Of a stretch of DNA of 64,000 bases, positions 27,504-41,026 are shown piece after piece. The stretch's first letter is position 1, and each line of letters opens with the position of its first letter. A program made the position numbers and the translations under genes. Under the pieces are notes generated by a model. The model was given only the letters and a program-made list of their open reading frames with translations, searched no databases and was not told where the DNA came from. This stretch comes from Burkholderiales bacterium (GTDB taxonomy: Bacteria > Pseudomonadota > Gammaproteobacteria > Burkholderiales > Burkholderiaceae_F), in contig JBBIST010000006.1 of assembly GCA_037441125.1 (NCBI GenBank), forward strand, positions 692 to 64,691, read 5' to 3'.

Positions 27504-28931
27504 TCACTTGCCGATGCAAAACCTGCCGAAGATCCGCCCCAGCAGATCGTCGGCCGAGAACTCGCCGGTGATCTCGGCCAGCGCTTCGGCCGCCAGCCGC
27601 AGCTCCTCGGCGAAGAGTTCCAGTTGCGCGTTGCCGTAGCCGTGCTCGAGGTCGGCGCGTGCGGCGGCATCGGCCAGGTGCGACTGCGCGCGGCGCAGCG
27701 CTTCGAGCTGGCGCTCGCGCGCCAGGAACACGGTCTCGCCGCGCGTGTCGGCCTCCCAGCCGGCCACGCGCAGCAGCGCCGCCTGCAGCGCCTCGAGCCC
27801 GGCGCCGGTCAGCGCCGACAGCCGGATCTCGTCGCCCGGTGCGCGATCGTCGGCGGCGCTCGCCGCCTCGCCGGTGAGGTCGATCTTGTTGCGCACGGTG
27901 AGCAGCGGCGCGCCTGCTGCTGCGCGTGCCTGCACCAGCGCCAGCGCGTGCGCGTCGGCGGCCGGGTGGCTGGCATCGACCAGGTGCAGCACGACGTCGG
28001 CGCGCTCGACTTCGGTGAGCGTGCGCGCGATGCCGATGCGCTCGACCTCGTCGGCAGTCTGGCGCAGGCCGGCGGTGTCGATGATGTTCAGTGGAATGCC
28101 GTGCACCTGCACCGCCTGCGCGATGCGGTCGCGCGTGGTGCCGGCCACCGGCGTGACGATCGCCACTTCCTCGCCGGCAAGCGCGTTGAGCAGGCTCGAC
28201 TTGCCGACGTTGGGCGCGCCCACGAGCACGACGTTGAGCCCGGCGCGCAGCAGCGCGCCCTGCTGCGCGCGCTTGAGTAGCGCCGCAAGCTGCGTGCGGA
28301 TCGCAGCCAGCCGGCCACGCGCATCCGCAGCCTGCAGGAAGTCGATCTCCTCCTCGGGGAAGTCGAGTGTCGCCTCGACCAGCGTGCGCAGCTCGATCAC
28401 CGCCTCGGCGAGCGCGTGCACCGCGCGCGAGAACTCGCCGGCGAGCGAGCGGTTGGCCGAGCGCACCGCGGCCGCGGTCGAGGCGTCGATCAGGTCGGCG
28501 ACCGCCTCGGCCTGCGCCAGGTCGAGGCGGTCGTTGAGGAAGGCGCGGCGCGTGAACTCGCCCGGCTGCGCCAGCCGCAGGTCACGCAGCGCCTCGAGGC
28601 CGCGCGCCGCCTCCAGGCAGCGCGCCACCATCATCTGCAGCACCACCGGCCCGCCGTGGCCGTGCAGCTCGAGCACGGTCTCGCCGGTGGCCGAGTGCGG
28701 CGCCGGGAAGAGCAGCACCAGCCCTTGGTCGATCGCGTTGCCGTCGCCGTCGTGAAAGGTCGCGTACAGCGCGCGCCGCGGTTCGATGCGCTGCGCCCGT
28801 GCGCCGAGCAGCGCTGCCGCAAGCGGCGCCAGGTCGGCCTGCGCGCCGCCGCTGACACGCACGATGCCGATGCCGCCGCGGCCGGGCGCGGTGGCGATGG
28901 CGACGATCGGATCGCGGTCGGAGGCAATCAC
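27504..28931 (-). CDS. mnmE: tRNA uridine-5-carboxymethylaminomethyl modification GTPase MnmE
   Basis: [23 protein letters not shown]-domain [14 protein letters not shown] / DTAGLR / NKIDL, and C-terminal FCIGK. Start placed at GTG 28931 ([10 protein letters not shown]); the longer ORF to 29033 is unlikely. Confidence 0.9.
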   Translation of the reverse strand: MIASDRDPIVAIATAPGRGGIGIVRVSGGAQADLAPLAAALLGARAQRIEPRRALYATFHDGDGNAIDQGLVLLFPAPHSATGETVLELHGHGGPVVLQMMVARCLEAARGLEALRDLRLAQPGEFTRRAFLNDRLDLAQAEAVADLIDASTAAAVRSANRSLAGEFSRAVHALAEAVIELRTLVEATLDFPEEEIDFLQAADARGRLAAIRTQLAALLKRAQQGALLRAGLNVVLVGAPNVGKSSLLNALAGEEVAIVTPVAGTTRDRIAQAVQVHGIPLNIIDTAGLRQTADEVERIGIARTLTEVERADVVLHLVDASHPAADAHALALVQARAAAGAPLLTVRNKIDLTGEAASAADDRAPGDEIRLSALTGAGLEALQAALLRVAGWEADTRGETVFLARERQLEALRRAQSHLADAAARADLEHGYGNAQLELFAEELRLAAEALAEITGEFSADDLLGRIFGRFCIGK

Positions 28932-29021
28932 GGCGAACGGCGCGCGTACAGCGCAGGCATCGGCACAACCTAGCACAGCGGCGCGCGTGGCCCGCCGGCA
29001 GCCACACCGTAGACTGGCCGC

Positions 29022-29327
29022 ATGCAGCATCACGAAGACCCGTTGATCCGGTTCATGCGGCCGCTGGCCGGCGTGCTCGCGGCCACCTTGGCCAACGTGC
29101 TGCTGGCGGCGCTGATCGGCGGCGCGCTGCCGTTCGAGTACGCGGGTCGCGCCTGGGCCTACACCGGGCTCGTGCTGTACGTGATCGTCGGCGCCGTGGT
29201 TGTGTTTCGGCTCAGCGCCGAGGGCGAGCGCGAGTTCTCGCCGGCGCGTGTGCTCAAGTGGGCGCTGTCGATCTGGCTCTGGCCGGCGCTGCTCGCCGCC
29301 AGCCGTCTGCGCCGGCCGGGCGGTTGA
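29022..29327 (+). CDS. Hypothetical small membrane protein
   Basis: 101 aa with 2-3 hydrophobic helices, divergent from mnmE. No homology was assessed. Confidence 0.4.
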   Translation: MQHHEDPLIRFMRPLAGVLAATLANVLLAALIGGALPFEYAGRAWAYTGLVLYVIVGAVVVFRLSAEGEREFSPARVLKWALSIWLWPALLAASRLRRPGG

Positions 29328-29355
29328 GCCGCTGCGGCCCGCTCGCGCTATCCGC

Positions 29356-31092
29356 TCAGCCGACCGGCTTGGCGGCCTGCACCTGGCGCATCACGTACCA
29401 CTGCTGCGCGATCGAGATCACGTTGTTGACCAGCCAGTAGAGCACGAGTCCGGCCGGGAACAGGAAGAACATGATGCCGAAGATGAACGGCATCGCCGCC
29501 ATCACCTTCGCCTGCACCGGGTCGGGCGGCGTCGGGTTGAGCTTGAACTGCACCCACATGCTGGCCATCATCAGCACCGGCAGGATGAACCAGGGGTCGG
29601 GGGTGGCGAGATCGGAGACCCAGAGCATCCACGGCTGGTTGCGCATCTCGACGCTCGCCAGCAGCACCCAGTACAGGGCGATGAACACCGGGATCTGCAC
29701 CAGGATCGGCAGGCAGCCGCCGAGCGGGTTGATCTTCTCGGTCTTGTACAGCTCCATCATCGCGGTGTTGAGCTTCTGCTTGTCGTCGCCGTACTTCTCG
29801 CGCAACGCCATCAGGCGCGGCGTGACCTCCTTCATCTTCGCCATCGACTTGTAGCTGGCCGCCGACAGCGGATAGAACACCGCCTTGACCAGCACCGTCA
29901 GCAGGACGATCGCCCAGCCCCAGTTGCCGAGCAGGTCGTGGAACAGTTGCAGCAGCCAGAACAGCGGCTTGGAAAGAAAGGTGAGCCAGCCGTAGTCGAC
30001 CACCAGGTCGAGCCCGGGCGCCACCGCCTCGAGCTGCTCCTGGATCTGCGGTCCGACCCACAGCGTGGCGCGGCTGCTGGCGCTCGCCCCGGGCGCGATC
30101 GACTCGATCGGCGTCACCGCCGACACCGAGTACAGGTTCGGCGCGTCCTGCGCCGTACGCACCTCGCGGTAGCGGCCGGGCTCGAGCACCCAGGCGGACA
30201 CGAAGTAGTGCTGGATCATCGCGATCCAGCCGTCCTTGGCCTCGCGCACATGCTCCTGGCGCGCGCGTTCGATGTCGCCGAAGGCAACCTTCTGGAACCG
30301 GTGCGCTTCGCTGTAGACCGCCGGGCCGGTGAAGGTGTAGTAAAGGAAGCTCTCGCCCGCAGGCGCGTTGCCGTCGCGCACCAGTTGCAGGTACAGCGAC
30401 GGCGCGACCGCGGTCTGGCCCAGGTTGCGGATCTCGTGCCGGACCTCGACGTCGTACTGGCCGCGCCGGAAGACGTAGGTCTTGAGCACCTGCAGGCCGC
30501 CGGCGCTGGCCTCGAACTTCACTTCCAGCACGTCCTGGCCCGGCGCCAATTGGCGCGGACCCGGCAACAGCGTGAACGGCGTCAGGTGATTCGGGAAGCG
30601 CACGTCGGCGGCGCCGGTCAGTCCGGTGCGCGCCAGGTAGACGCGCTCCTGGGTCCAGTCGAGCAGGACGACGTTGGCCTGTGGGTCGTGCCGCTTGCCG
30701 GTGATGAGCCCGATCAGTCCGGCCGCGGTCCAGTCGGGCGCGACCCGGTGCTGCAGCAGCTCGACGCGCGCCAGCACAGCGCCGGTCGGATCGAGGTCGG
30801 CGCGCACGACGTCGGTCTCGATGCGGATGCGCTCGACCGCGGCCACCGGCGCCGGCGTGACCTTGGGGTCGGCAACGGCCGGTACCGCCGCCCCAGGCAC
30901 TGCTGCCGGCGCCGGCACTCCGTTGACCACCGCTGCGGGCGGCGGCGCGACCGGGTCGGCAGCGACCGCCTTCTTCTCGGCCGGCGGCGGCGCGAACAGC
31001 GCCGGCTGGCCCTGGTGGCGCATCCAGGCGTCCCACAGGAACACCAGCGACATGCCGAAGATGATCAACAGGATCGTGCGCTGGATGTCCAT
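29356..31092 (-). CDS. yidC: Membrane protein insertase YidC
   Basis: [23 protein letters not shown]..., a large periplasmic domain, and the conserved C-terminal core ([47 protein letters not shown]). Start at ATG 31092. Confidence 0.95.
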   Translation of the reverse strand: MDIQRTILLIIFGMSLVFLWDAWMRHQGQPALFAPPPAEKKAVAADPVAPPPAAVVNGVPAPAAVPGAAVPAVADPKVTPAPVAAVERIRIETDVVRADLDPTGAVLARVELLQHRVAPDWTAAGLIGLITGKRHDPQANVVLLDWTQERVYLARTGLTGAADVRFPNHLTPFTLLPGPRQLAPGQDVLEVKFEASAGGLQVLKTYVFRRGQYDVEVRHEIRNLGQTAVAPSLYLQLVRDGNAPAGESFLYYTFTGPAVYSEAHRFQKVAFGDIERARQEHVREAKDGWIAMIQHYFVSAWVLEPGRYREVRTAQDAPNLYSVSAVTPIESIAPGASASSRATLWVGPQIQEQLEAVAPGLDLVVDYGWLTFLSKPLFWLLQLFHDLLGNWGWAIVLLTVLVKAVFYPLSAASYKSMAKMKEVTPRLMALREKYGDDKQKLNTAMMELYKTEKINPLGGCLPILVQIPVFIALYWVLLASVEMRNQPWMLWVSDLATPDPWFILPVLMMASMWVQFKLNPTPPDPVQAKVMAAMPFIFGIMFFLFPAGLVLYWLVNNVISIAQQWYVMRQVQAAKPVG

Positions 31093-31130
31093 GACGGGCG
31101 TCGTTGAGCGAAGGCGGCGGTCTATGCGGG

Positions 31131-31430
31131 TCAGTTCAGGGGTCGGCCGTCGGCCGTGCCGGCGGTCGAGCCGGGCGTTGCTTCGGTGCGCGCGTGACAC
31201 CAGCAGCGCCAGCGAAACTGCGCCGGCACCGGGTCGACGCCGCCGCGGCCGTACGGATGGCAGCGCGCCAGTCGTGCGAGCGTCATCCAGGTGCCGCGCG
31301 CCGCACCGTGGGTCTCGATCGCCTCGATCGCGTACATCGAGCAGGTCGGCCAGAAGCGGCAGCTCGTGCCAAGCCACGGCGACAGCAGAAAGCGGTAGGC
31401 GCGCAGCAGCGCCAGCAGCAGCCACTTCAT
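31131..31430 (-). CDS. yidD: Membrane protein insertion efficiency factor YidD
   Basis: [35 protein letters not shown]...[13 protein letters not shown]. Confidence 0.85.
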   Translation of the reverse strand: MKWLLLALLRAYRFLLSPWLGTSCRFWPTCSMYAIEAIETHGAARGTWMTLARLARCHPYGRGGVDPVPAQFRWRCWCHARTEATPGSTAGTADGRPLN

Positions 31431-31822
31431 GCGGCCACCCCGCCTGCGCCCTGGCGCAGGGCACCGGCCAGTTGCGCCAGCAGCGCGTCGGCCTCGGCAC
31501 GCAGTTCGCGCTTGAAGCGCGCCCGACTCATCAGATCGGCGGACGGCACCGGCGCCTTGAGCCGCAGCACGAGGTCGACCCTGCGTTCGCCGGCGGCCGC
31601 GTCGAGTGTCGCCAGTGCATGGCGCGCGGCCTCGCGCAACACGCGCTTGACCAGCGAGCGCTCGACCGCCCGCCGCGCCTGACGCTTGCCCGCGGTCACG
31701 CCGACGCGGACCACGCCGATCGGCGGCCGGGATTCGCTTGCTTCCATTGCGACGATGCGAGCCTGAACAGCCAGATGGCCGCGGCCGCCGCGCCAGACCA
31801 CCGCCGACCGGGCGGCGGCCAC
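31427..31822 (-). CDS. rnpA: Ribonuclease P protein component
   Basis: [30 protein letters not shown] is the RNR-like motif region. Coordinates use the first canonical start (GTG 31822). The conserved N-terminus appears to extend upstream to about 31879, where no canonical start exists (see findings). Confidence 0.75.
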   Translation of the reverse strand: MAAARSAVVWRGGRGHLAVQARIVAMEASESRPPIGVVRVGVTAGKRQARRAVERSLVKRVLREAARHALATLDAAAGERRVDLVLRLKAPVPSADLMSRARFKRELRAEADALLAQLAGALRQGAGGVAA

Positions 31823-31894
31823 CGCAGCGAACTGCGCGGCCGCGCGCAGCCGGCGCGTCGGCGGATAGCGGGCGCTCAGGGCCGGCGTCCGGTC

Positions 31895-32035
31895 TCAGGC
31901 GGCCAGACGTTTGCGGCCCTTGGCGCGCCGCGCGGCGATCACGGCGCGGCCGCCGGGCGTGCGCATGCGAACCAGGAAGCCGTGCGTGCGCTTGCGCTTG
32001 ACGACCGACGGCTGATACGTGCGTTTGGTGGCCAT
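31895..32035 (-). CDS. rpmH: 50S ribosomal protein L34
   Basis: [46 protein letters not shown], starting at the internal ATG 32035 of the track ORF. Confidence 0.95.
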   Translation of the reverse strand: MATKRTYQPSVVKRKRTHGFLVRMRTPGGRAVIAARRAKGRKRLAA

Positions 32036-32386
32036 GTGTCTACACCTCTCCGAATTGACGCCCGGCGCGCCTGCGGTGGGCGCCGAATCACCTAAGACTG
32101 GGGCACGGGCGGTCGGTTGCATGCGCGCGCCCGGCGCGCGCTTCGACGTCTCCGGCCGCGCCGGCGTCGCACCACCTCAAGCCCCCGGTTTCGCCGCACG
32201 CTCGCGCCGACCTCGACGCGAACGCGGCTCGCGAAGCTCCGGGCCCGCCTGCGCCTCCAAGCGCTTCGGCGAGGGCCGCGAAAAAAGCCCGCTATTAGAC
32301 GCGAAGCGCGACGCCAGCGTCAAACGAGAGCGAAGATCGAGCGATCGACCACCGGCCTCGACTCGCCGGCGCGGCTTGTTCAGCCG

Positions 32387-32571
32387 TCATCCACAGGACA
32401 TTCCTACTTGTCCAGCGGTTGTCCACACCGTTATCCGCAGAAAAAATTTGGGCTGCCCACGAACCCGGCCCACCTCGACGTTCGTAAGCGTTCGCTACCC
32501 CCAAAGCGACCGATGGAGGATGCTCTTGGCTTGCCATCGGGAAGCGCATGAGCCGGGCGCGCTGTGGATAA
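32387..32571. promoter_or_regulatory. DnaA-box cluster upstream of dnaA (dnaA autoregulation and/or oriC candidate)
   Basis: tcatccaca 32387-32395, ttgtccagc 32408-32416, ttgtccaca 32419-32427, ttatccgca 32431-32439, followed by an A/T run (gaaaaaattt). A perfect box tgtggataa (the complement of TTATCCACA) lies at 32563-32571. Confidence 0.6.
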
Positions 32572-32796
32572 CCTGAGGCGGCGCCGGTAGACTGCGCAGC
32601 TTGTGTCGACGTTGCGGCATCGACCCCCGGGGCAGCACAGCGGGTCGCGGCCACGGACGCCGACGCGACTCGAGGCAACGAGTCCGCCTCCGCCAGAACA
32701 CAACGAGGATGCGGGGGCCTTGCCCTTGCCCGGCTGCTGCCGACCCGACCGACACTGCGCCCGCTGCGCGCCACCGACACGCGGAAGACGAACGAC

Positions 32797-34179
32797 ATGC
32801 TTCACTTCTGGCAAGACTGCTCGCAACTCCTGGAGAGGGAGATGACGCCGCAGCAGTACTCGGCCTGGATCAAGCCCCTGCGGGCAATCGACTACGACGC
32901 CGCCAGCGGCAAGCTGCGTCTGGGCGCACCGAACCGACTCAAGCTCGATGCGGTGCGGGCGCAGTTCGCCAAGCGCATCGAGGCGGCGGCCGCCAACGTA
33001 CTGCAGCGACCGATCGACCTCGTGCTTGAGGTCGAAGCGGCTGAGTCCGGGCGTGCGCCCGAGGTCGCGGCCGAGCCGGCGCGCGCCGCGCAGGAGCCGG
33101 CCGACGGCGCCGATCGCGGCGCGGCGGCGGCAAGTTTCGCCGCCGCCGACCACGTCGAGCGCGCGCGCCTGAACGCGCTGCTGAGCTTCGATACCTTCGT
33201 CACCGGCAAGGCGAACCAGTTGGCGCGCGCGGCGGCGATGCAGGTAGCGGAAAACCCGGGCGGCTCCTACAACCCGCTGTTTCTGTACGGCGGCGTCGGT
33301 CTGGGCAAGACGCACCTGGTGCACGCGGTCGGCAACGCCATCCTGGCGCGCCGGCCGCAGGCGCGCGTGCGCTACATCCACGCCGAGCAGTACGTGAGCG
33401 ACGTCGTTCGCGCCTACCAGAAAAAGGCCTTCGACGACTTCAAGCGCTACTACCACTCGCTCGACCTGCTGCTGATCGACGACATCCAGTTTTTCGCCGG
33501 CAAGAGCCGCACCCAGGAGGAGTTCTTCTACGCCTTCGAGGCGCTGGTGGCCGGGCGCAAGCAGATCATCATCACCAGCGACCGCTATCCGAAGGAACTC
33601 GACGACATCGAGGACCGGCTGGTGTCGCGCTTCGCCTCGGGACTGACCGTGTCGATCGAGCCGCCCGAGCTCGAGATGCGGGTCGCGATCCTGCTCAAGA
33701 AGGCCGAGCTCGAGGGTTCGCAACTGCCCGAGGACGTCGCTTTCTTCGTCGCCAAGAACCTGCGCAGCAATGTGCGCGAACTGGAAGGCGCGCTGCGCAG
33801 CATCCTCGCCTACGCCTCGTTCCATGCCCGTGCGGTGACCATCGAGCTGGCGCGCGAAGCCCTGCGCGACGTCCTCGGCGCCTCGGCCGGCCAGATCACG
33901 GTCGAGCTGATCCAGAAGACAGTCGCCGACCACTACAAGATCAAGATCACCGACATGTACAGCAAGCGGCGGCCGTCGAACATCGCCCTGCCGCGCCAGG
34001 TGGCGATGTACCTGGCCAAGGAACTGACGCAAAAGAGCCTGCCCGAGATCGGCGAGCAGTTCGGCGGCCGCGACCACACGACCGTGCTGCACGCGGTACG
34101 CAAAATCGGCGGCGAGCGCCTGACCGACACCGAACTGAACCGCACGCTGCACGTGCTCGAGCAGACCCTCAAGGGCTGA
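32797..34179 (+). CDS. dnaA: Chromosomal replication initiator protein DnaA
   Basis: [28 protein letters not shown]+ [10 protein letters not shown] / LLLIDDIQF, and the C-terminal DNA-binding helix [11 protein letters not shown]. Confidence 0.97.
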   Translation: MLHFWQDCSQLLEREMTPQQYSAWIKPLRAIDYDAASGKLRLGAPNRLKLDAVRAQFAKRIEAAAANVLQRPIDLVLEVEAAESGRAPEVAAEPARAAQEPADGADRGAAAASFAAADHVERARLNALLSFDTFVTGKANQLARAAAMQVAENPGGSYNPLFLYGGVGLGKTHLVHAVGNAILARRPQARVRYIHAEQYVSDVVRAYQKKAFDDFKRYYHSLDLLLIDDIQFFAGKSRTQEEFFYAFEALVAGRKQIIITSDRYPKELDDIEDRLVSRFASGLTVSIEPPELEMRVAILLKKAELEGSQLPEDVAFFVAKNLRSNVRELEGALRSILAYASFHARAVTIELAREALRDVLGASAGQITVELIQKTVADHYKIKITDMYSKRRPSNIALPRQVAMYLAKELTQKSLPEIGEQFGGRDHTTVLHAVRKIGGERLTDTELNRTLHVLEQTLKG

Positions 34180-34197
34180 GAGCCCCGCGGCCTGCCC

Positions 34198-34307
34198 TGT
34201 GGACAGCCTGTGGATCGCCTGCGAACAGCCTGTGTGCGAAGCGGGACAAGTGCCGCAAGCGCGGCCGGCGCAGGCGCAGCGGGCGCCACTTGTCCTTTCT
34301 GTCCACA
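34198..34307. promoter_or_regulatory. Second DnaA-box-like cluster in the dnaA-dnaN spacer
   Basis: tgtggacag 34198-34206, tgtggatcg 34209-34217, ctgtccaca 34299-34307. A repeated acagcctgtg unit is also present. Confidence 0.45.
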
Positions 34308-34448
34308 GCCGACGCGCGCGCGCCGTACGCGCTTGCCAACAGCCTCGCCGGCAAGCTGCCGCCTTGTGCGTCAAAGCCCTGCGCCACTTGTCCCCAGGCG
34401 GTACGCTCTCTACTAACTCCTATTCCTAAGCAGAAGGAAGAACAAACC

Positions 34449-35552
34449 ATGCAACTCGTCAAAGCGCCCCGCGATGCGTTGCTCAGACCGTTGCAGGTGG
34501 TGAGCGGCATCGTCGAGCGTCGCCAGACCCTGCCGATCCTCGCCAACATCCTGGTGCGCAAGGACGGCGAGAGCGTCTCCTTCACCGCCACCGACCTGGA
34601 GATCCAGATCCAGACCCGGGCCGAGATCGGCGCCGGCCGCGACAGCGGCGCCACCACCGTGGCTGCGCGCAAGCTGGTCGACATCCTGCGTGCACTGCCC
34701 GAGTCCGATGTCACCCTGTCGCTCGCCGGCCGCAAGCTCAGCGTGCAGTCGGGCAAGAGCCGCTTCAACCTGCAGACGCTGGCCGCCGACGAGTACCCGA
34801 CCGTGGCCCAGGCCGAAGCCTCGGCCGATTTCACGCTGCCGGCGGCGGCGCTCAAGTATCTGCTGGCGATGGCGTACTTCGCGATGGCGGCGCAGGACAT
34901 CCGCTACTACCTGAACGGCATGCTGCTCGTGGTCGAGGCCTCGGTGGTGCGCGCGGTGGCCACCGACGGCCACCGGCTGGCGCTGGCCGAGGTCGGCCGC
35001 GAGGGCGACGCCGCGGCGCGGCTCGAGGCGATCGTCCCGCGCAAGACGATCCTCGAACTAATGCGCCTGCTGCCCGACAGCGAGGAACCGGTGCGTGTGC
35101 AGATGGCCGCCAACCAGGTCAAATTCAGCTTCGGCTCGATCGAGCTGATCTCGAAGCTGGTCGAGGGCAAGTTCCCCGACTACCAGCGCGTGATCCCGGT
35201 CGGCAACAACAAGGAGTTCGTCGTTGGCCGCGACGAACTGATGCACGCGCTGCAGCGTTCGGCGATCCTGACCACCGACAAGTTCAAGGGCGTGCGCATC
35301 GTGCTCGCCCCGGGCAGCCTGAAGATCACCTCGACCAACGCCGACCAGGAAGAGGCGCAGGAGGAGCTCGACATCGACTACGGCGGCGAGCCGCTCGACG
35401 TCGGCTTCAACGTCACCTACCTGCTCGACGTGCTCGCCAACCTGCGCTGCGAGCAGGTCAAGTTCGCGCTCGGCGACGCGCTCGGCAGCGCGCTGATCAC
35501 GATGCCCGACTCGCAGCGCTTCAAGTATGTGGTGATGCCGATGAGGATCTGA
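34449..35552 (+). CDS. dnaN: DNA polymerase III beta sliding clamp
   Basis: MQLVKAPRDALLRPLQVVSGIVERRQTLPILANILV..., ending YVVMPMRI. ATG 34449 is preceded by AAGGAAG. Confidence 0.97.
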   Translation: MQLVKAPRDALLRPLQVVSGIVERRQTLPILANILVRKDGESVSFTATDLEIQIQTRAEIGAGRDSGATTVAARKLVDILRALPESDVTLSLAGRKLSVQSGKSRFNLQTLAADEYPTVAQAEASADFTLPAAALKYLLAMAYFAMAAQDIRYYLNGMLLVVEASVVRAVATDGHRLALAEVGREGDAAARLEAIVPRKTILELMRLLPDSEEPVRVQMAANQVKFSFGSIELISKLVEGKFPDYQRVIPVGNNKEFVVGRDELMHALQRSAILTTDKFKGVRIVLAPGSLKITSTNADQEEAQEELDIDYGGEPLDVGFNVTYLLDVLANLRCEQVKFALGDALGSALITMPDSQRFKYVVMPMRI

Positions 35553-38225
<2,673 letters not shown>

Positions 38226-38527
38226 GCGCGCGCCGCAGGCGACGCGCCGTCCGTGCCCGCAGCGCCACAACCTCGGTGACCGGCCTCACCGTAGAGCGGT
38301 TGCGACTTCGCCGCGAGCGGCCTGCGCTGACGGCCATCAAGCCGCCGCGCCGCGCCTGACCATAATCGACTGTCGCGAGGACCTGCGTGCGTCCGTCGTG
38401 ACCTCGACAGTTTCTTCTTCACCAAAAGCCGTGGATGCGCGAATCCGCGCGGCCCAGTGGCCGCGCGCCGCGCGCAACAAATGCCGCGACGAGAAGGAAC
38501 GGGCGGACGACACATGAAGGAGTATTC

Positions 38528-40243
38528 ATGTCCAGTTCGTTCTTCCGTCGGACGTTGATCGCGGCATCGATCTCGGCCCTGTTCCTGCCGCTGGCGGCGC
38601 ATGCCACCGGCGCCGACGTCGATGCCCGCATCCAGGGCCTGACGCGGCAACTCGACGCGATCAGCAAGGAGCTCGAAGCGCTCAAGGAGAAGTCCGCGGC
38701 CGCGCCGGCCGCGGCGACGCAGCCCGCCGGCGAAGGCTGGCTCACCTGGGGCGGCGACTACCAGTTCCGCGTCGACCGCCTGCGCGGCGAGACCAAGCCG
38801 TTCACCGACGTCAACGCCATGTTCTCGCTGGCGCAAAGTCAGTTGCAGCAGGCGTTCTTCGCCAACCCCGGCCCCGCCACGGGGGCGATGCTCAACGGCT
38901 TCATCGGCTTCGCGCAGGGCATGGCCGCAGTTCGCACGCACACCGAGGCGCAGGCCTTCCTCGGCGCCAACGCGGCGATGATGGCCGGGCTCGCCTCGTT
39001 CGCGCCGCCCGCCTTTGTGCCCGCCTACGAGCCGAAGAACGACAGCATCTACTTCAATCGCTTCGCCCTCGACCTGCGGGCCGCGGTGGCCGAGAACATC
39101 TCGGTCAAGGCGCGGCTGGCGATGTACAAGATCTGGGGCGCGCAGGACGAAGCCGCCCTCGTCAACCGCGGCGCCGCGCCGTTCTTCGCCGACCGCGTCG
39201 GCGTGTTCGACGGCACGCTCGGCCGCGTGCCCTCGAGCAGCGCGCTCGTCGTCGACCGCGCCTTCGCCACCTGGGCCGGCATCGGCGGCGTCGACGCCTG
39301 GTTCTCGGTCGGCCGCCGCCCCTCGACCGACGGCGCGCCCACGCACCTGAAGAACAATGCCGAACTGGTCGGCACCGCGGGCGTGCCGGCGTTGCTCGTC
39401 AACTACGCGTTCGACGGCCTCACGCTCGGCTACATGGCGGACATCGCCGCCCTTCCCGGCGCCTACGCCAAGGTCTGCTACGGCCGCGGCTTCGAGAGCG
39501 GCTTCAGCAGGGCGCGCGGCAACTCGCTCGACGACACCGACATGCTCGGCGTGAGCGTGATCCCCTACGAGACCGACAGGCTGCGCGTGTGGCTGCAGTG
39601 GAACCGCGGCATGAACATCTTCGACGCGCCGGCGATGAAGGGCACCTACTTCGGCGACACGCAGGCCAAGATCAACCTCGGCGACATCGACTGGTACGGC
39701 ATCGGCGTGTTGGGCAGGCTCGCCCGGGTCGGCGCCGGCGATCTCAACTACTTCGCCGATTTCGGCTGGAGCGTGGCGCAACCGAACGAGAACGTGTCGG
39801 CGCAGTTCGGCTTCCAGGGTCTGCTGACCGGCTCCTTCTTCGGCCCGGAGGCGCCGAGCGACAAGACCGGCAACGCGATCTACCTCGGCGTGCGCTACGA
39901 CCTGCCCAGCCGGACCAAGCTCGGCCTCGAGTTCAACCGCGGCTCCAAGAACTGGATCACCTTCGCTCCCGCCGCCGCAGACATGTGGACCTCCAAGCTC
40001 GGCACGCGCGGCGACGTCTACGACGTCTACCTGATCCAGGAAATCGGCGCCACGCCGATCGCCTCGCCCGACGCCAAGGCGTTCTTCCGCCTCGGCTACC
40101 AGTCGTACGACTTCAAGTACACGGGCAGCAACAACTGGGTCGGTGCGCCGGTGAGGATCACCGACATCCAGGGTCAGATGTCGGCGCTTGCGCCGCTGGC
40201 GCAGGCGTACAACCTCTACGCCACGTTCGAAGTGAAGTTCTAG
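38528..40243 (+). CDS. Secreted putative outer-membrane beta-barrel protein (DUF3373-like)
   Basis: Signal peptide MSSSFFRRTLIAASISALFLPLAAHA, a short coiled coil (IQGLTRQLDAISKELEALKEK), alternating beta-strand-like sequence, and a C-terminal YATFEVKF with terminal Phe. ATG 38528 follows GAAGGAG. The family name is from memory. Confidence 0.6.
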   Translation: MSSSFFRRTLIAASISALFLPLAAHATGADVDARIQGLTRQLDAISKELEALKEKSAAAPAAATQPAGEGWLTWGGDYQFRVDRLRGETKPFTDVNAMFSLAQSQLQQAFFANPGPATGAMLNGFIGFAQGMAAVRTHTEAQAFLGANAAMMAGLASFAPPAFVPAYEPKNDSIYFNRFALDLRAAVAENISVKARLAMYKIWGAQDEAALVNRGAAPFFADRVGVFDGTLGRVPSSSALVVDRAFATWAGIGGVDAWFSVGRRPSTDGAPTHLKNNAELVGTAGVPALLVNYAFDGLTLGYMADIAALPGAYAKVCYGRGFESGFSRARGNSLDDTDMLGVSVIPYETDRLRVWLQWNRGMNIFDAPAMKGTYFGDTQAKINLGDIDWYGIGVLGRLARVGAGDLNYFADFGWSVAQPNENVSAQFGFQGLLTGSFFGPEAPSDKTGNAIYLGVRYDLPSRTKLGLEFNRGSKNWITFAPAAADMWTSKLGTRGDVYDVYLIQEIGATPIASPDAKAFFRLGYQSYDFKYTGSNNWVGAPVRITDIQGQMSALAPLAQAYNLYATFEVKF

Positions 40244-40252
40244 CCGTGCATC

Positions 40253-40275
40253 GGCGCGCTCGGGTCGAGCGCGCC
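40253..40275. terminator. GC-rich hairpin between convergent genes (possible bidirectional terminator)
   Basis: ggcgcgctcg-ggt-cgagcgcgcc, a perfect 10-bp stem and 3-nt loop in the 31-nt gap between convergent stops. There is no T-tract. Confidence 0.4.
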
Positions 40276-40796
40276 TAGTAGCCCATGCGCGTCGAGGTGT
40301 CGTCCTCGTCTTCGAGGTCCAGCCTGGCCGAGGGCGGCAGCTTGGCGATGATTGCCTCGACCATGCGCACGTGCTCGGCTTCCTCGTCGCGCAGCTCCTC
40401 GAACAGCGCCCGGACCTCGGGATGGGTCACGTGGCGCAGCGCGCGGTCGTAGAACTCGTGCGCCTTCTTCTCCGCGCGCAGGGCCACCTGGCAGGCCCTG
40501 AGCTCGGACATGTTGCGGTAGGTCGAGCCGACATCGGGGGCCTCGACGTCGAAGAGGTCGCCGAGCTTGACCCGCGGTGCCGTCTGGCCGAACAGCGTGC
40601 CGCGGCGTTCGGCCAGTTCGTCGGCGTGCTTTTTCTCGTTGACGACCATCGACTGGAAGAACGCCCCGGCATCGGTCGAGCTGCCGATCTGCTCGACGAA
40701 CAACTCGTAGCGCTTGACCGCCTCGACCTCGATCAGTGTCGCCAGGTCGAGCGTGTCCATCAGACTGAGTGCGGCGAAGTCGACTTTCGCTGGCAT
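40275..40796 (-). CDS. Ferritin-like/rubrerythrin-family di-iron protein
   Basis: Two E-x-x-H helices (VNEKKHADEL; DEEAEHVRMV) in a four-helix-bundle-like sequence. ATG at 40796. Confidence 0.7.
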   Translation of the reverse strand: MPAKVDFAALSLMDTLDLATLIEVEAVKRYELFVEQIGSSTDAGAFFQSMVVNEKKHADELAERRGTLFGQTAPRVKLGDLFDVEAPDVGSTYRNMSELRACQVALRAEKKAHEFYDRALRHVTHPEVRALFEELRDEEAEHVRMVEAIIAKLPPSARLDLEDEDDTSTRMGY

Positions 40797-41026
40797 GGGT
40801 CCCCTCTCTCGCTGGATCGGCCGGGTGCGCGCAGCGCGCGCGAGGCTGTCGCGCCTCTTGTCGCCGGCCACGGTAGCACCGGCTCGCCCGCCGGCGCACG
40901 GTCGGGCGCGCGGCCTTTGACCGCCGACAAGGCTTCGGCCGGCGCGGCAACGCGCCGGCCGCGCCGAAGGCGATCGGCGGCGAGCCGCTATGCTGGCCGC
41001 ACCCGCCCATCGATGCGCGATCCGCC

